NCBI GenBank assembly: GCA_964432415.1
Contig: CAYSNW010000008.1
Span: 15,726 to 79,725, forward strand
Direction of reading: 5' to 3'
Source of the DNA: an uncultured Caulobacteraceae bacterium
Lineage (GTDB): Bacteria; Pseudomonadota; Alphaproteobacteria; Caulobacterales; Caulobacteraceae
Length of the DNA stretch: 64,000 nucleotides
Shown: positions 61,821 to 64,000 of the stretch, one piece after another
Layout: each line of letters opens with the position of its first letter
Numbering within the stretch: position 1 is the first letter of the stretch
Made by a program: the position numbers and the translations under genes
The notes under the pieces: model-generated
Seen by the model: the letters and a program-made list of their open reading frames with translations, nothing else
The model's database searches: none
Told to the model about the DNA's origin: nothing

Positions 61821-63386
61821 TTGATGCCGCGTGCATTCGATACGCGGGCGGGGGAAACGCCGATCTTCGACGCGCTGCTGAATGCGCGCGCAAAGTACGG
61901 CGGCGGCAAGGAGATCCTGGAGGACCAGGAACGCAAGCCCCTGACCTACACCGGACTGGTCCGCGCCGCCTTCGTGCTCGGGCGCAAGATCGCCGCCCTG
62001 ACCGAGCCGGGCGAACGGGTCGGCATCCTGCTGCCCGCCTCCGCAGGCGTGGTGGTGACCTTCTACGGCCTGCACGCCTTCGGGCGCGTGCCGGTGATGC
62101 TGAACTTCACCTCGGGCCTGAGGAACTTGCGCGCGGCCTGCAAGGCGGCGGGGGTCAAGCGCATCCTGACCGCGCGCCGCTTCATCGAGAACGCCAAGCT
62201 CGAGGACATGATCGACGTCCTGGAGGGCTTCTCCCAGATCGTCTGGCTGGACGACATCCGCGCCTCGATCACCACCCAGGACAAGCTGTTCGGCCTGGCT
62301 GCCGGCCTGTTCCCCAAGAAGTTCCGCACCCCCGCCAAGCCTGACGACGTCGGCGTGATCCTGTTCACCTCCGGCAGCTTCGGCGCCCCCAAGGGCGTGG
62401 TCCTGACCCACCGCAACCTGGTCTCCAACGTCGAGCAGGTCGCAGCCCACATCGACCTCGACCCGGCCTGGGTGCTGTTCAATCCCCTGCCGACCTTCCA
62501 CTGCTTCGGCCTGACCGGGGGCATCCTGCTGCCGCTGCTGACGGGCATGAAGGCGTTCGAATACCCCTCGCCGCTGCACACCAAGCAGATCCCGCCGCTG
62601 CTCAAGGACATCGGCGCCTCGATCCTTCTGGCCACCGACACCTTCGTCAACCAATACGCCCGGGCGGGCGAGCCCGAGGACTTCTCGACACTCGAGTTCA
62701 TCGTCGCCGGCGCCGAGAAGGTACGCGACGAAACCCACGTCCTGTTCGGCAGCGAGCGCTACGGCAATATCCCGGTGCTGGAGGGCTACGGCGCCACCGA
62801 GGCCGCACCGGTGGTGGCGGTCAATACGCCAGTGGACAACCACGTCGGCACCGTCGGCCAGATCCTGCCGGGGATGGAGTATCGGCTCGACCCGGTCCAG
62901 GGCATCGATCACGGCGGCCGCCTGTTCCTGCGCGGGCCCAACGTCATGGCCGGATACCTGGCCCAGGACGGCTCCAACACGGTCGAGCCCCTGCCCGGCG
63001 GCTGGCACGACACCGGCGATGTCTGCGACGTGGATGCGGAAGGTTTCGTGCGCATCCTGGGGCGGGTGAAGCGCTTCGCCAAGATCGGCGGCGAGATGGT
63101 GTCGCTGACCGCCGTCGAAGGCATCGCCGAGGCGGTCTGGCCGGACGAACGCCACGCGGTGGTGGCCATTCCGGACTCGAAGAAGGGCGAACGGCTGGTC
63201 CTGATCACCGATCGGCGCGACGCCGACGTCGGCGCGCTGGCCGCCTGGGCCCGGGCCAATGGCGCGCCGGAGCTGGCGGTGCCCAAGCGCATCATCAAGG
63301 TCAATGAGGTGCCCGTGCTCGGCACCGGCAAGACCGACTACGTCACCATCCAGCGGATGGCGGAAACCGAAGCCGCCGCAGCCTAG
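61821..63386 (+). CDS. AMP-binding enzyme (acyl-ACP/acyl-CoA synthetase-like, Aas C-terminal-domain-like)
   Basis: LFTSGSFGAPKGVVLTHRNL AMP motif and YGATEAAP. 521 aa. Confidence 0.8.
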   Translation: MMPRAFDTRAGETPIFDALLNARAKYGGGKEILEDQERKPLTYTGLVRAAFVLGRKIAALTEPGERVGILLPASAGVVVTFYGLHAFGRVPVMLNFTSGLRNLRAACKAAGVKRILTARRFIENAKLEDMIDVLEGFSQIVWLDDIRASITTQDKLFGLAAGLFPKKFRTPAKPDDVGVILFTSGSFGAPKGVVLTHRNLVSNVEQVAAHIDLDPAWVLFNPLPTFHCFGLTGGILLPLLTGMKAFEYPSPLHTKQIPPLLKDIGASILLATDTFVNQYARAGEPEDFSTLEFIVAGAEKVRDETHVLFGSERYGNIPVLEGYGATEAAPVVAVNTPVDNHVGTVGQILPGMEYRLDPVQGIDHGGRLFLRGPNVMAGYLAQDGSNTVEPLPGGWHDTGDVCDVDAEGFVRILGRVKRFAKIGGEMVSLTAVEGIAEAVWPDERHAVVAIPDSKKGERLVLITDRRDADVGALAAWARANGAPELAVPKRIIKVNEVPVLGTGKTDYVTIQRMAETEAAAA

Positions 63387-63418
63387 TTTACGGCGCAGTC
63401 TGACCGAAGGGATGGCTG

Positions 63419-63814
63419 ATGGACAAGCTCTACGCCTGGCAGCCGAAGGTGCTCTCGATCCTGCGCATCGTTGCGGGCCTGCTCTTCATGGAGCACGGCA
63501 CGATGAAATGGCTGCACTTCCCGCCGGGGCCGGGTCCCGACCACCTGCAGCTTTTCTCGATGATGGGGATCGGCGGCGTGCTCGAACTGGTTGGGGGCGC
63601 CTTGATCGTCGTTGGCCTTTTCACCCGGCCGGTCGCCTTCATTCTCAGCGGCGAGATGGCGGTGGCCTACTTCACCATGCACATGCCCAAGAGCTTCTTC
63701 CCCGCGGTCAACATGGGCGACGCGGCGATCCTGTTCTGCTTTGTGTTCCTGTACCTTGTCTTCGCCGGTCCAGGCTTCTGGAGCATCGACGCAATCGTTC
63801 GCAAGCGTCCCTGA
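63419..63814 (+). CDS. DoxX-family membrane protein
   Basis: 131 aa, four TM helices, ILRIVAGLLFMEHG motif. Confidence 0.85.
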   Translation: MDKLYAWQPKVLSILRIVAGLLFMEHGTMKWLHFPPGPGPDHLQLFSMMGIGGVLELVGGALIVVGLFTRPVAFILSGEMAVAYFTMHMPKSFFPAVNMGDAAILFCFVFLYLVFAGPGFWSIDAIVRKRP

Positions 63815-63836
63815 AGCCGCGAGCGGGGGGCAGGAG

Positions 63837-64000
63837 ATGTCGAACAAGGCCGGCCCCGCCTTGCTCCTGGTCGCCGTGATCCTCGGCGGCTGCAAGCCAT
63901 CGCCGGCGACCCCTGCCAGGGCGGCCGCGGCGGCCGCCCGATCGGGAGATTCAACGACGAGCGCCCCGGGCCCTAGCTTCGACTGCACAAAGGCTCAGGG
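63837..64000 (+). CDS. lipoprotein, N-terminal fragment (continues beyond the window)
   Basis: MSNKAGPALLLVAVILGGCK with an LGGC lipobox. Open to the window end. Confidence 0.5.
   Translation, partial: MSNKAGPALLLVAVILGGCKPSPATPARAAAAAARSGDSTTSAPGPSFDCTKAQ

Overview
This is a 64 kb chromosomal window from a high-GC (about 67-69%) alphaproteobacterium. The local synteny (dusB, ntrY-ntrX, dat, hfq-hflX, ispDF, lipA, tmk-holB-tatD) resembles Caulobacterales such as Caulobacter, Brevundimonas or Phenylobacterium. Coding density is high and most genes are housekeeping or envelope functions. There is one tRNA-Ser(UGA), no rRNA, no CRISPR array and no recognisable integrase or transposase.

Accessory content worth attention:
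- A translationally coupled five-gene minus-strand cassette at 12.0-17.5 kb. It encodes two unrecognised polytopic membrane proteins, a small bitopic coiled-coil protein, and a 555-aa protein made of a 13-aa (39-bp) tandem coiled-coil repeat followed by a C-terminal Cys-His-Asp (papain/transglutaminase-like) domain. A 304-aa charged coiled-coil protein closes the cassette. This is the best candidate for an undescribed effector/export or toxin-immunity-like system. It lies next to a secreted S41 peptidase and the tRNA-Ser.
- A LytS-type histidine kinase gene duplicated on both sides of a single LytTR regulator.
- An OmpR-type two-component pair divergent from a periplasmic protein that combines three canonical EF-hands with Met/His-rich copper-type motifs.
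- A FUSC-like, HExxH (M50B-like) membrane protein and CaCA antiporter gene trio joined by overlapping stops and starts.
- A secreted bacterial HET-C-like protein.
- Tandem S10 carboxypeptidase paralogs.
- A family of about 180-200 bp hairpin-ended MITE-like intergenic repeats, seen at 48.6 kb and 59.5 kb, with a related palindromic element at 42.3 kb.
- ntrYX sits directly after dusB with no ntrBC between them.

All calls were made by eye from the six-frame translations. Family names are recognition-based and need HMM confirmation. Hand-derived start coordinates may be off by one codon.
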